From contig OU015568.1 in the NCBI GenBank assembly GCA_907165135.1, forward strand, positions 16,317,208 to 16,381,207: a stretch of 64,000 nt of DNA. The letters run 5' to 3'. Positions within the stretch are counted from its first letter, which is position 1, and every line of letters begins with the position of its first letter. The position numbers and the translations under genes were made by a program. Below the pieces are notes generated by a model. The model was not told where the DNA came from, searched no databases, and was given only the letters and a program-made list of their open reading frames with translations. Below, piece by piece: positions 1 through 11,026 of this stretch. Origin of the DNA: Oikopleura dioica (lineage: Eukaryota; Animalia; Chordata).

Positions 1-648
1 AGCAACGGATATTGACCCGGTTAAAAAGTTACAGTTACAAATTCAAAGAGTAAAAAGTACACTTTTTGAAAAATCTTGAAAAAGAGATCAAGAATTCAGA
101 AGTTTTAATTCAAAATTAAGTTTCTCTTTTTTCTGATACAAGTTTGAAATTTCAATTCGGCTAGAACTTGAAAGAGAGCAGGAATTTCGCTAGTAGTTGA
201 ACAGAATATTTTCGATAAATAGCTTGTTGAATATTGCAATATTTTTTAAATAAACTAGAAGAAAAGTAAGTAAGAAAGGAGAGAGAGAAAGTGCTCGTTC
301 TTTTTTTGGCATCTACGGCAATTTTGAATTTTGGAATTTTTTGAGACTTTTGACTTACGCAGATGAATTCATCTAGTAAGCGAACCTTTGATACATGTTT
401 TCGCCCTGAACCAATTAGTGTTAGTTTACTTCCGAAAGATTTAGATTAAGAGTGATTAGTTTTCATGCATTCCAAGGTTCATTTCCTAGACGTAAATTCT
501 CGAACAAATTTGATTACGAATTCGAACTTTTAAAAGGAAGTGTTGATGGCAGTGAATTAATCTTTAAAATTTGAAAGCGAGAAGAAGAGAAATTAATAAT
601 TACTTATTAGCACCAAGTTTTTATTTATTAACGACCTTTAATTCTCAC

Positions 649-2024
649 CTTTCGAGCGGCGTAAAGGTCAGCCAGATCGTCATTTTCTTCCTTACGTCGA
701 GAGAAAGAGCCCATCGACTCTTCGTCAAGAATAGACGGCTCTTTGAAAGTAGTGGAAGCTTCGACTTGCCGGATTTCTTGGAAATCCGTGTCATGAGTAA
801 CAGTCCTAAAACAGCGCTAGAATCAGCCAAAAAGAGAAGGAACGGACCTCATTCCGCCAAAGCCCATTCCAAGACGAGCAGCTGACTCCGCTTTCTTGCC
901 GGATAGATTCGCCGAAGCTTTCTTTTGATCTCGCTCGATCTAAAAATAGAAGAAGAAGTTATGGGCGGTCACCTTTATGGTCATATTTACCTGTTTGTAA
1001 GTGAGTCGCGCAGCAGCTTCTGTCGAAAGAGTTGCTTCTCCTGAATCCATCTTCTGCACAACCTATAATTTATAGGCTATAAACCGTTCTGAAAAAACTC
1101 CAGAAAGAGAAAATTTACCTTTTCTTCTTTCTCGACGCGTTCAGCCGCGGAAGAAGCAGCTTTGAAGGCAGTTTTGTCGACCTTTTTGGCTCCTCCAAAA
1201 GCGCTCTTCTTTCCTGTTTTCTTCGCTCCCAGCTGAAAGAATCGATTTCATTGAGCGTGATCGCGGACTTTAACAAACCTTTGCAACTTTGACGGGTTTG
1301 GCTGGTTTCGTCTCGAGGTTGACGGACAACTTGTCCATTCCGTTTGAAACTTCGGCAAGGGTCTTTTCTGGTTCAACTGGAGTGACGATAATCGCTTCTT
1401 GTTTCACTTGGGCGGGGACGGGAGCTTCTTGCTTCAAGTCTGCGTTGTCGAATTTACTGAAAAACGATTCTAGCACAAAAGAATTATTTTCTCATTTTTT
1501 ACCTGAAGAAATCGTCATGTCGATTCTTCGCTGGGGCACTATCATCAGCAGAAGCGACGGCTCCAATGTGTGTTTCTCCGGCGTATTTTCTCACTGCTTC
1601 GAGCGCCAATTTTTCGATCTTCGCTTTGTATAGCGTCGCCGCTCGGGACGAATATTTCTTATTCTTGTCCGAAGTTTCTCCGCCATTTGCTCGGAAGAAG
1701 GCGCGTGCTTTCGCGTTTCCACCGACTTGCATGCATCGAAGCTGCTTCCAAGTCCATGCTCCGTCCAAATCTAGTTAAAAACTAGTTTTAAAACTAAAAG
1801 AGCGGCTTCCTGAGCTAACCTGAGCTTCTGATAAAAGTCAAATGAGTTCCCAGACTCCTGTGAACTCCGGAACACTCAAGGCAAACATACGCGCCGTAAG
1901 GAATCGTGCACCAGGACGGATTCTTCGTGCAACAGTCGAAACAGACTTTGTTTTCCGGAAGACTTCGCAGTTTTCGGAAAATCGCTTTCGTCGTTTCTAC
2001 CGGGGCAACTGTATCTGCTGACAT
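649..2024 (-). CDS. ARFGAP2: ADP-ribosylation factor GTPase-activating protein, ArfGAP2/3 (Glo3) type; multi-exon, 3' end not resolved
   Basis: ArfGAP zinc finger [38 protein letters not shown] (1815-2024), [17 protein letters not shown] (1499-1768) and Glo3-type [10 protein letters not shown] motif near 850-870. Exons are separated by ~40-nt introns. ARFGAP2 vs ARFGAP3 cannot be distinguished. Confidence 0.9.
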
Positions 2025-2122
2025 TCTAGGAAAACACCGCGTTGCGAAGGATATTCATGGAGGAAGGGTAAAAAATTTAATATTTACTTATAATATTTAC
2101 GGTTTTCGATTCATCGAGTTTC

Positions 2123-2242
2123 AGCAACCTGTGTAGGAAACCTGAATCAGGGTCCTGAAAAAGCGAAGTCGCATTCGCGGCTTTTTGTAATAGCTTTCTC
2201 AGGACCCTGACTCAGGTATTCTATACAGGTTCCTGAGGCCAG
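2123..2242. mobile_element. MITE family A copy (palindromic; CCTGAGTCAGG boxes, internal AAGCCGC..GCGGCTT motifs)
   Basis: GCAACCTGTGTAGGAAACCTGAATCAGGG ... CCCTGACTCAGGTATTCTATACAGGTT inverted arms; same arms recur about 15 times in the window. Confidence 0.8.
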
Positions 2243-2782
2243 ATTTTGAAATTCACGAAGCTATCGCCATTTTGACGGATTTACGAGCCCCAAAAATGTG
2301 AAAGAAGACTACCTGAATTCGAGTGGAAAAAATCTGTTAAAATTCAGCACTGAGGCATATTGAATGCGTTAGAAATTGCAATTATAAGAAAAAACTTGAG
2401 CATATTCAGAATAAAAATAAGGCGATAAGTCTTTTTAATAAATACAGTATTTAGGAAAATAAATTTGAAAAAATGAATCGTAGGATTTCTAGTTTGTTTT
2501 CCTCCAATTTTTCTCTTCTGGTTTTCATTTTCCGCACAAATAAATTTCCCCCAATCTTTCTCTATCAACAAAAAGGAGCGCGTAACAGCCAAAATCAGAA
2601 GGTTCAAAAAGACAAAAAACGGGATCGCCGGGTGCCCCTCCGGCCGGCCACATCACCAAAGAGCTCGGAGCTCAAGCGCTCAGGCGCCGATTCGATTGGC
2701 CAGAATTGAAAAAGACTTTCCCACGGCCACGAATACGAGAAATGACTTTTTCGGAGTGAGAGTGAAATTTTGAGAAGAAAGA

Positions 2783-3991
2783 ATGGCGGAGAGAATTTTT
2801 TGCGAAAAGACGAAAATTTGGTGCATTTTTAGTTGGAGCTTGGTTTTGGGATTGTCGACTTTGAGCAGCGTGGTTTTTGTTCCAAGGTGATTTGCTCTAT
2901 AAAATATTTTTAAACTTTAGGGAAGATTTTCATAATGAAAAAACACAAATTTCTCCTAAAACTATGCTCGGGAACCTGCGAAAAACCTGAGTCAGGGTCT
3001 CAAAGATCTTCAAAGTCAGAAGTCGACTCGCGGCTTTTTTGGTAAAAGAAGCCGCGTTGCGGTTTCGCCAGAATTTAAAATAGAGAATCTCTATTAGAGA
3101 TGGTTATTTCGTTCAAGATCATTCAGACCCTGACTCAGGCATTCTATACAGACTGCCGAGCCAAGTCCTGTAATCGCCTGTTAAAATGTATATTTTAGCT
3201 CATTTTTCTCCAACGCGGAAAACATTCTGAATGTTCTGTTTGTCAAGTGGGCTTGGGGATGGACGCTTTACTCGCTTTTTCCCGCGGTGGTGTTAGTCAG
3301 CTGGGCGCTCAGGGACGATTTTCGACAAAACTCGATCAGAGCGATTTTGAAAATTGGCGTTTTTGGAACCCTTGTGTGGTTTTTAGGAACCCAGTTCACT
3401 TTCAAGCTCGGCGATTTGACTGGCACCTGTCGAGACGCTAATTTCAGTGCTGTCAGGTAAGAGAAAGGGTGATTTTTGTATTTTGATTTAAAATTTAAAA
3501 TTCTAGCTCTTATGCGACAAAACGGTTGTGCCGCTCAAATGGCCATACTTGGGATCATTTCGACATTTCCGGACACACTTTTCTGCTCTCCTGGTGCATT
3601 TATTTGACCATCGCCGAACTGTTTTATCCTGCTAGAGAATTCTTCAAAAGAACGCATTCCTTCATCCTCGAAGTTTTAACCGTCCTGGCGATTGCTTGGA
3701 ATTTTCTTCTAGTACTACTGTGGCTTGTTATGCTTGGTAAGCTGATCATTGGAAAGTCTTTCTTACTGACCGATTTCAGTCGCCACCCAGCTTTATTTTC
3801 ACACCTTTGCGGAAAAAGTCCTGGCGAAGCTCCTGTGCGACGTTTTCTTCATTTTCTACCGCCTGGCCGGTGATCTCGTGAATCGACTTTTGCCCTTGTC
3901 AAAAGGAAGGAGTGAATCTTTTGCCTATCTTGCCGAGAATCAAAATAACAAGCCTGCCAATGATTTTGAAAGTGAAACTAATCAAAGCTGA
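2783..3991 (+). CDS. FITM2: Fat storage-inducing transmembrane protein (FIT family)
   Basis: Joined exons give SFFSNAENILNVLFVKWAWGWT, WDHFDISGHTFLL (FIT signature) and QLYFHTFAEKV. Exact exon boundaries are approximate. Confidence 0.85.
2966..3165. mobile_element. MITE family A copy in the first FITM intron
   Basis: GCTCGGGAACCTGCGAAAAACCTGAGTCAGGG ... CCCTGACTCAGGCATTCTATACAGACTGCCGAGCC inverted arms. Confidence 0.8.
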
Positions 3992-4182
3992 TTTTTAGCT
4001 TCAAAAATTTAATTTCAATTTTCAATCAGGCATCTACCAATCACAGCCTCATCACCCCTCTGAAAGCCAAGAACTACTAGAATATCCACTGTGACTTACT
4101 TTTCTTCAAGACTCGAAATTTCCTGCAGCTGCTTCAACAAACTCTTTTTGCATGAAATCTCCTCCTTGATTCCAATTTCAGA

Positions 4183-6407
4183 ATGAGTCACCAAGGCTTC
4201 GAAGACTACTCGAACTACTACAACCCGGGCCAGTTCGACCAGAATTCCGGATATCAGACAAACCTTAACAATCCCTATGAAAACCAGCAGCAACAGGGCT
4301 ATTCCCAGAACCAATACCAGCAGCAGCCACAACAGCAGCAACAGCAAGTTCAACAGACTCCAACAACTCAAGCCAGTTTTGCGCCGAACCCGATGTACGA
4401 GTATTTAATTGCTTTCACTATTCAAAAAGAGTTTCAGGAATTTCATCCCGAACCAGCAAATTGGAGAAATGGGTCTCCAGATGGGCCAGCAATTCCTCAA
4501 CCAACACACCGACCAATTGAAGGCAAAAGCTCAACGTAAGCGCACTCCCTCCCCTTACCCGCAGCTTTCTTACTTACAGTTACTGTTTGTACAACTATCC
4601 TTTTAGAGTACATTCCAACGACGCGGCTTCGATACCTGTTCGCAGTGGACAACGCTTACGTGGCGAGTAAACTAAAGTCCATTCTGTTGCCCTTTTTCAA
4701 AAGCGAGTGGCACACGAAATTTCAAAATGACGCAAATAATCCTGTCTGCCCAAGGTTACTTTTCAATCGTCATTTTTTCGGTATAATTTTTAAACTTCAG
4801 GGATGACGAAAACGCACACGACATGTACATTCCGACAATGGGCTTCATCACATACATCCTTCTCGCTGGCTACAGTATCGGTCTTCATGGCGAGTTCAAC
4901 CCCGAACAGCTTGGCGAATATGCCAGCGGTGCTACTGGCTGGATTGTTCTTGAAGTTTTAGTTACTCTTATGGTCATTTTCTTGTTACAGGTTCAAATCA
5001 TCCTAGCTCATCCAAGTAATTTTCAATTGTTGTTTTAGATTCAATCAGATCTCGGTTATTTGGACATCATCGCATTCGCTGGCTACAAATTCGTCCCGAT
5101 TATTCTAGCGCTTACTTGTGGATTGGTCTCAAATAGCCACGCAGTCTTCCTTGGAGCGTTGATTTACGGATCTATTGCTCTTTGCACATTTTTGGTGAGA
5201 TCGCTCAAAGTCCGCGTCCAGTCGAACTCGGCCGCCGCGCACGGACAATACGCCGCTGGGGACACTAGGAAGTAAGTTTTATGCCTTGACGTGCTTTTTT
5301 TAAGGTTAACGAAGTTTTCCAGCCCACTTCCGCCTTGTAGACCCCCTATCACCATACGTTTTTAGAATCAGCTGAAAATTCTAAGAATTTTGACCATTTA
5401 AAATTCTAGAAAACTCCACTTCCGGTCGATTCTAGAGCCGGAAGTTGTCGAAATTTAGGTGTAAGGGCGAAGTGTGGCCTATCAAATTGATGCTCAGACG
5501 ATTCCCTATCATTTAAGAAAAGAATCGACACCAACGAGAATCAAACCAACCGAAAAAAACTGAAAAAAATTTGATGATTTTATGCCTTTTTTACATAATT
5601 TTACCGGTCGGTTTGACCACGTTTGGGACTTTATCTTCTGATATATTGATTAGAGGGTGAATCAAAATCTTCTGAGCATCAATTTGATAGGTCGCACTCT
5701 AATATTACTCCCAAATTTCGTCGACTTCCGGCTCTAGAATCGACCGGAAGTGGAGTTTTCTAGAATTTTAAATGGTCAAAATTCTTAGAATTTACTGCTG
5801 ATTCTAAAAAGGTATGGTGTTAGGGGGTCTATAAGGCGGAAGTGGGCTGGAAAACTTCGTTAACCTTAAAAAAAGCACGTCCTTACTACTTGTCAGATTG
5901 TAGAGTTGAAATATTAACTGAAATTTAAAAAGTAGAGACATTCTTAATAATGACACGCCCCCAATAAATTGTCATATTCGAAGGAAAACTTGGTAAGCTT
6001 CTATCCATCATCGTACATGGGTACCGATCAGTTCTGTTTTTCTTAGAGGAGAATAATTGAACTTCTCGGTATTTGTATTTTTTTTTCTTGAGACTGATGG
6101 TGATTCCGGCATGGGAATGAGCATTGAACTGCCTGTTTTATCTGTCAACTTGCTAAGATGCTGGGCTCGTTAACCTGTGTAGAAGTCCTGAGTTAGGATC
6201 CTAATAGATCTACGCTGCCTTTCATAGAAAATCTTTTAGGGCCCTGACTCAAGATTTCTACTCAGATTGCCGTACCCAGATGCATGTTTTTATTTTCTTC
6301 AAATATTCTTAACATTCAATTTCAGGCAATACTTAACGCTTGGAATCGCCGTCGTGCAGCCCCTTCTCTGCTACGTCCTGACCCGCCACCTCTCGCCCTC
6401 GGACTAG
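4183..6407 (+). CDS. YIF1: Yip1-interacting factor YIF1 (ER-Golgi membrane trafficking protein)
   Basis: RYLFAVDNAYVASKLKSILLPF, DMYIPTMGFITYILLAG and DIIAFAGYKFVPII motifs. Last exon 6326-6407 (KQYLTLGIAVVQPLLCYVLTRHL) follows a ~1-kb MITE-filled intron. Confidence 0.92.
5288..5881. mobile_element. Foldback/MITE family B with long terminal inverted repeats (about 180 bp or more) and an apparent 3-bp CTT target duplication
   Basis: GACGTGCTTTTTTTAAGGTTAACGAAGTTTTCCAGCCCACTTCCGCC... is mirrored by ...GGCGGAAGTGGGCTGGAAAACTTCGTTAACCTTAAAAAAAGCACGTC; CTT flanks both ends. Confidence 0.85.
6161..6279. mobile_element. MITE family A copy, degenerate
   Basis: CTGGGCTCGTTAACCTGTGTAGAAG ... CTACTCAGATTGCCGTACCCAG termini. 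Confidence 0.7.
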
Positions 6408-6692
6408 TGTCTCTTGCATCGTTCCTTGCAGACGCCACCTGTTTTTTAACTAAAATTATTTAAAGCTGCTTCTTCATATTCTTTTCATTTTCCTTTCTGT
6501 CGACTACACGCGAAATCTACTATTTTAACTATTCTAGACTAAAAATAATCCGAAACACTTGAATTGTCCATTTCTTAAGTTTTTGAGTTCCTGCTTCTCC
6601 AACAAAAAAAAGTCGCAATATGTAAACTTACGTGCAATATGCTTTGAAAAGAGTCCGAAAAAGAAGTTCAGTAAAAGTGAGTAAAATTAAGC

Positions 6693-8993
6693 ATGAGTGC
6701 AAAGTCGGAAAAGCGAGTAGTGGCGGTTGTTTCTCCCAAAATGGTGATCTCGGCGGCCGAGGAGCTGAATTTGAAATTGGCGAACGAGGAGAAATTAGCT
6801 GCTCTTTTGGTGAGGGATTTCCAAGGGTAGTACTACTACCGTAGTAGAAGGTTATCGGCCGGGCACCTCCCTGAAAGTACCTTTCAGACAGGTATTTCCG
6901 GTCCCCTAGCCCCAAACCGAGAAAAGGGTTCAAGCGAACAGGCATTTTTGGGTGCCCGATCGATAGCCCCGCTAAACCTTTCCAGGCATCTTTTAATGTA
7001 TATATGCGGCTTCTTTTTTTTAATACTCGAAGCCGCAAGCGGCTTCTCGCTTTTTGTTGACCATATTTCTTCATTTTTGAAATCCCTTGAAAAGCAGAAG
7101 ACTTGACTTACAGACTCCAAGTGCTTGTAAAAAAGAGCGTCAAACATGCTTCTCGCTGCCGCAGAAAGAATTTACAGTCCGACGACTTGGAGCATATTTT
7201 GGAAGAATTCGGAGAAGCTCCTTTTCTAGCCGCTCATGAGCCAGAATACGGAGTTGTAAATTACGAAGGAAACGCGTTGCATTTCCACGTCCCAAAGTCG
7301 ATAGATTTGAGCGAATTGTCCCTTGAAGAAGAAAGACCTGAAATGCTCTTTTCTTCTTTTTCGATGGAGAAATATGCTATCTTGGTTGATGGAAAACCGA
7401 CCGCCAAATTTCTAAAGGAAGAGATCTAAATCAAGATTTGTTTGTCTTTCCTACGCCCGTGGCTCCTTTTTATAAACCAAAAATAAATTCCTGATCTCTA
7501 AAATTCAGAAGCAACCAAAAGTCTTCCAACACAAGTCTCGCTACTACCCCGGCCACTGGGACCTCTACTTGATTCATCTCACGCACGGACTTGGCGACGA
7601 GTACGAAGACGAACGTGTTGCTTTTTTCGCCAAAGACTTCGAAAGCAATCCCCATCTGAACGAAATCCTCCCCCAACTAAGATTCATCATTCAACAATGC
7701 TCGATGTGTTCTGTCGCGGAGAGACAGCTGAGAATGTTGCAACTGCTCCGGGGACTTCTTCTGAATCCTTTCGTCGATGTGGCGAGATTAGGAAACGGTC
7801 GGCCGATTTATAATTACGTTTTTGCTTCTCCCTCCCATCCGTGTTAGTATAGTGGTGAGTATTCCCGCCTGTCACGCGGGCGACCGGGGTTCGATTCCCC
7901 GACACGGAGTACTTTTTTCTGTATTCTCAAGATTTTCTCCGTAAAAACCTGTGTAGAAAACTGTGTAGGGACTAAAAACCTGTGTGCTCTACTCAGATCT
8001 TAGTTAGCCTGACTCAGGAAAAGAAGATTAATTCTTCACAGGCGCTCAGTCTAAACCCTAGCCTGTGTTTGGCTCGAAAACCAGCGTAGAAAACCTGAGT
8101 CAGGGTTTTAAAGATATCCAATGAAAAGCCACCGCGGCAAGGCTGTTTTAAAACCGAAGTCGCTAATACCCTGACTCAGGTGCTCTACACAGGTTTCGGA
8201 ACCCATAGTCTGCATACACAGGAAATAGAGTCTTTGTGAGTCTCCTGTCAGAATTTCAAGCTTGAAACTAGAACCAGAATTTCGTGAATTTTAAAGCTGA
8301 ACAAAGTCAAGAGGTTGTGAGTAAATTTGTATGTTCAAGCTTTTGTTCTTTCTTTTTTTGGCAGCTTGTTCAACACAAGCTTACACACGAACACTTCCTT
8401 CTCCAGTTTTTTTTTCTAGAGAATATTTTTCGACGAATTATTTTTGATGTAAACTTTGGCCGAGCGTAATGGAAAAGAAGATGAACTGATAAAAATGGCG
8501 CAGTTTAGCTTGAGAGATACTGGACCAGAAATGATACCTGGAAAAGAGGGCCTCGAAAGCGCAGTTCAAGAAAGAGCTACGAGCTTTTATAATTTGATGT
8601 TTAAACATGGAAGTATTTGTCAGGAAAGGTTGAAAAGCAGCTACGCAATGGCTTTCAAGATAAAAAATAGGGGTCCCCATTTTACGGGCGCGAGACTCAA
8701 GTATTTCTTCAACCATTCATCAGGAAAAACTGATTTCCAGTCTCCGGGACATTCATCCAAAAGATGGAAGCATGTTCAGCCTTCTCTCATGCGGCGAGGC
8801 TTTCCTTCCAGCTGTGCGAAAAGGAAAGAGTATTCTAGCTCGTGTTGCCTTCCTCCGCCGCAACATTCATTGTCTCACGGAATTGATTATCAGGGACGAT
8901 GAGCCAGCAGCGAGCATGATGCTTGTCGAGCCCGTCGGTGTTTTTCCGACATCTCTCGCATCCCAGACGCTTCTTTTTTTCAGGATCGGATGA
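6693..8993 (+). CDS. TAF6L: TAF6-like histone-fold protein (TAF6L/TAF6 family); 3' end approximate
   Basis: Exon 1 MSAKSEKRVVAVVSPKMVISAAEELNLKLANEEKLAALL joins AEDLTYRLQVLVKKSVKHASRCRRKNLQSDDLEHIL, the TAF6-family histone fold. A later exon has HEAT-like LRMLQLLRGLLLNP. Confidence 0.75.
7838..7909 (+). tRNA. trnD-GUC: tRNA-Asp (GUC)
   Basis: TCCGTGTTAGTATAGTGGTGAGTATTCCCGCCTGTCACGCGGGCGACCGGGGTTCGATTCCCCGACACGGAG: canonical A and B boxes, GTC anticodon, closely resembles metazoan tRNA-Asp. A T6 Pol III terminator follows at about 7913-7918. Confidence 0.97.
8070..8207. mobile_element. MITE family A copy (a further partial copy lies at about 7945-8020)
   Basis: AAAACCTGAGTCAGGG ... CCCTGACTCAGGTGCTCTACACAGGTT arms. 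Confidence 0.7.
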
Positions 8994-9215
8994 CGCGGAA
9001 ATTGACGCTAATGGAAATGTTAAGTTAACATCTGTTACCGCAAGGTTTCATTCGGGAAAAGAAAAATTCATTGCAAGGACTTTGGCGACAGGATAAGAAG
9101 GGACAGTAATGGACAACCGAAATCAAAGAAAAAGAGAAGAACGAAGAATGTTCACGACTGGCTGTGGGGTTAAAAATAATCTATTCACGATCAGTCTTTT
9201 TCTTTTAACTCTATG

Positions 9216-9277
9216 CTGGGCTCGAGAACCTGTGTAGAATGCCTGAGTCAGGTTTTCACACAGGTTGCCGAGCCCAG
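9216..9277. mobile_element. Minimal 62-bp MITE family A hairpin
   Basis: CTGGGCTCGAGAACCTGTGTAGAATGCCTGAGTCAGGTTTTCACACAGGTTGCCGAGCCCAG: both termini around a single CCTGAGTCAGG box. Confidence 0.8.
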
Positions 9278-9629
9278 ACTCTACCGATAAAAGTTATCTT
9301 TTCATATTTTGATCCCCAAAATAAGGGCTATCCCAGAGCCATCAACGAATCTGTCCTCAAGCACTTCGACCATGAAAAGATGTCGGAGCCAAAAGTGATG
9401 AGGATCGCATATGGCAAGCCCCGATCCGTCAATTCTCCAGTGAAAGATCGCCGGTTCTTTAGTCAAAAATTTCCGAGCTTTGAAAGCGGAACCATATTTT
9501 CCGGAATCCGAAGATTTAATTTGCGCTCGACCAGCTTTCTCCACTGATTTCTTCTCATTTTCTCGGAACATTCCACTGCCATTCCACTAGATTTAAATAA
9601 TCAAGAATTGTCGATTTCAGAAAGTTGAC

Positions 9630-10849
9630 ATGCGTTTTGCACGAAAACTCTCGACCCGTGTTTGGAGTGCTACTGAATATGGAAACCCCTCAAAAGTACT
9701 GTCATTGAGAGAAGTCGAGATTCCCACTACACCGCTGATCAAATGTGACAATAGCCACGTGACTGTGAAAGTAAACGCCGTATCGTTGAATCCGATCGAT
9801 CACTGGATGGTCAACGGGCGCGGAAAGAATCTCCGAGAGATTTGGGAGAAGCTCGGCAATACGTTTGGGCTCTCTACGCACGACGCATCTGTCGGCGTCA
9901 TCCCTGGTCGAGATTTCCATGCGACTGTGATGAAAGATGGAGAAAGATTCAAAAAAGGCGATCATGTTGTCGGTGTCAGACATCCTTTCGACTCGGGCTC
10001 CTTGCAGGAGAGAATGGTCTTGAATGAAAAGGCACTCTTTCCGGAGAATGGGCAGCTTTCACCCGAGGAGAATGCCTGTCTTCCGTTCGTCACTTCTACT
10101 ATCATGTCGTCTCTTGGTTAGATTATAAATCTTAATAGAGTTGGATTATTGATTTTCTAGGGATAAGCGGTGGAATATCACTTTTCGGATGTCCTACTGT
10201 GAAAACGCTTGCTGACGTAAATACGAAAAAAATCCTGATAGTTGGTGCTACAGGAGGGCTTGGGACCGTCCTAACACAGCTCTTGCTTCAAGACGGGGCG
10301 ACAGTTGACGTAATCGGCGGAAGAGAAGTATGGAAAATCGAGAACGCGGGGAAAGTCTTGGATTATCACGATGAAGAGTATAGGAAGAGATTGGTGGACG
10401 ACGACTATGATTTTGTATTCGACTGCGCGGATGGAAAAGCGTAAGTAACAGGGCTTCTTATCTAAAGCTTATCTTCTAAAGAAGAAAATATACCCATGAA
10501 ACTTTTCTTTAGCCACGAATGGGTGGGTCGCTTTATGAAGCACGAGAAGTCAACTTTAATCAGCTACTCCTCGCCACTCCTACAAATGCTCGGTTCAATG
10601 TCGGCGATGAGTGTTCCCGAGTTCATCCTTGTCCACCAAAAAGTTCAGTCCGATCTGAGAAAAGAAGCGGGCGCCGGCGCCGAATTCCGCTTTGGCTTTT
10701 TCTCCGAAAGACAAGCTTATTTTGAGCAAATTTCTAAAATTTATTTCAAACCGACTATTTCGAAAGTTTTTGATTTTGAAAGTGTTCCGGAGGCTTTTGA
10801 AAGTATGGTCTCAGAATCGCACTTTGGAAAAATTGTCATAAGACTTTAA
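9630..10849 (+). CDS. RTN4IP1: Reticulon-4-interacting protein 1-like NADPH quinone oxidoreductase (MDR family)
   Basis: VKVNAVSLNPID, IPGRDFHATV, nucleotide-binding ILIVGATGGLGT and C-terminal HFGKIVI; three exons. Confidence 0.85.
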
Positions 10850-11026
10850 ATTGAGTTTAAAAGATTTGTTGTTATTCTTATTCAAAAATTATTCTCCTGC
10901 CTATTCAATTAAAGTTCACAGTCTTTTGAAAAGCTCTATTTTTTAGAGCGGACTTCCTCGGGCAGTAGAAGAAGCGTCCGGAAGAAAACGATATCCGGAT
11001 AATCCGATTAGTAGAAAATCGTTTCC

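Noticed and set aside
6628-7074. 148-aa minus-strand ORF
   Set aside because: Antisense to TAF6L exon 1 and intron 1; no recognisable motif.
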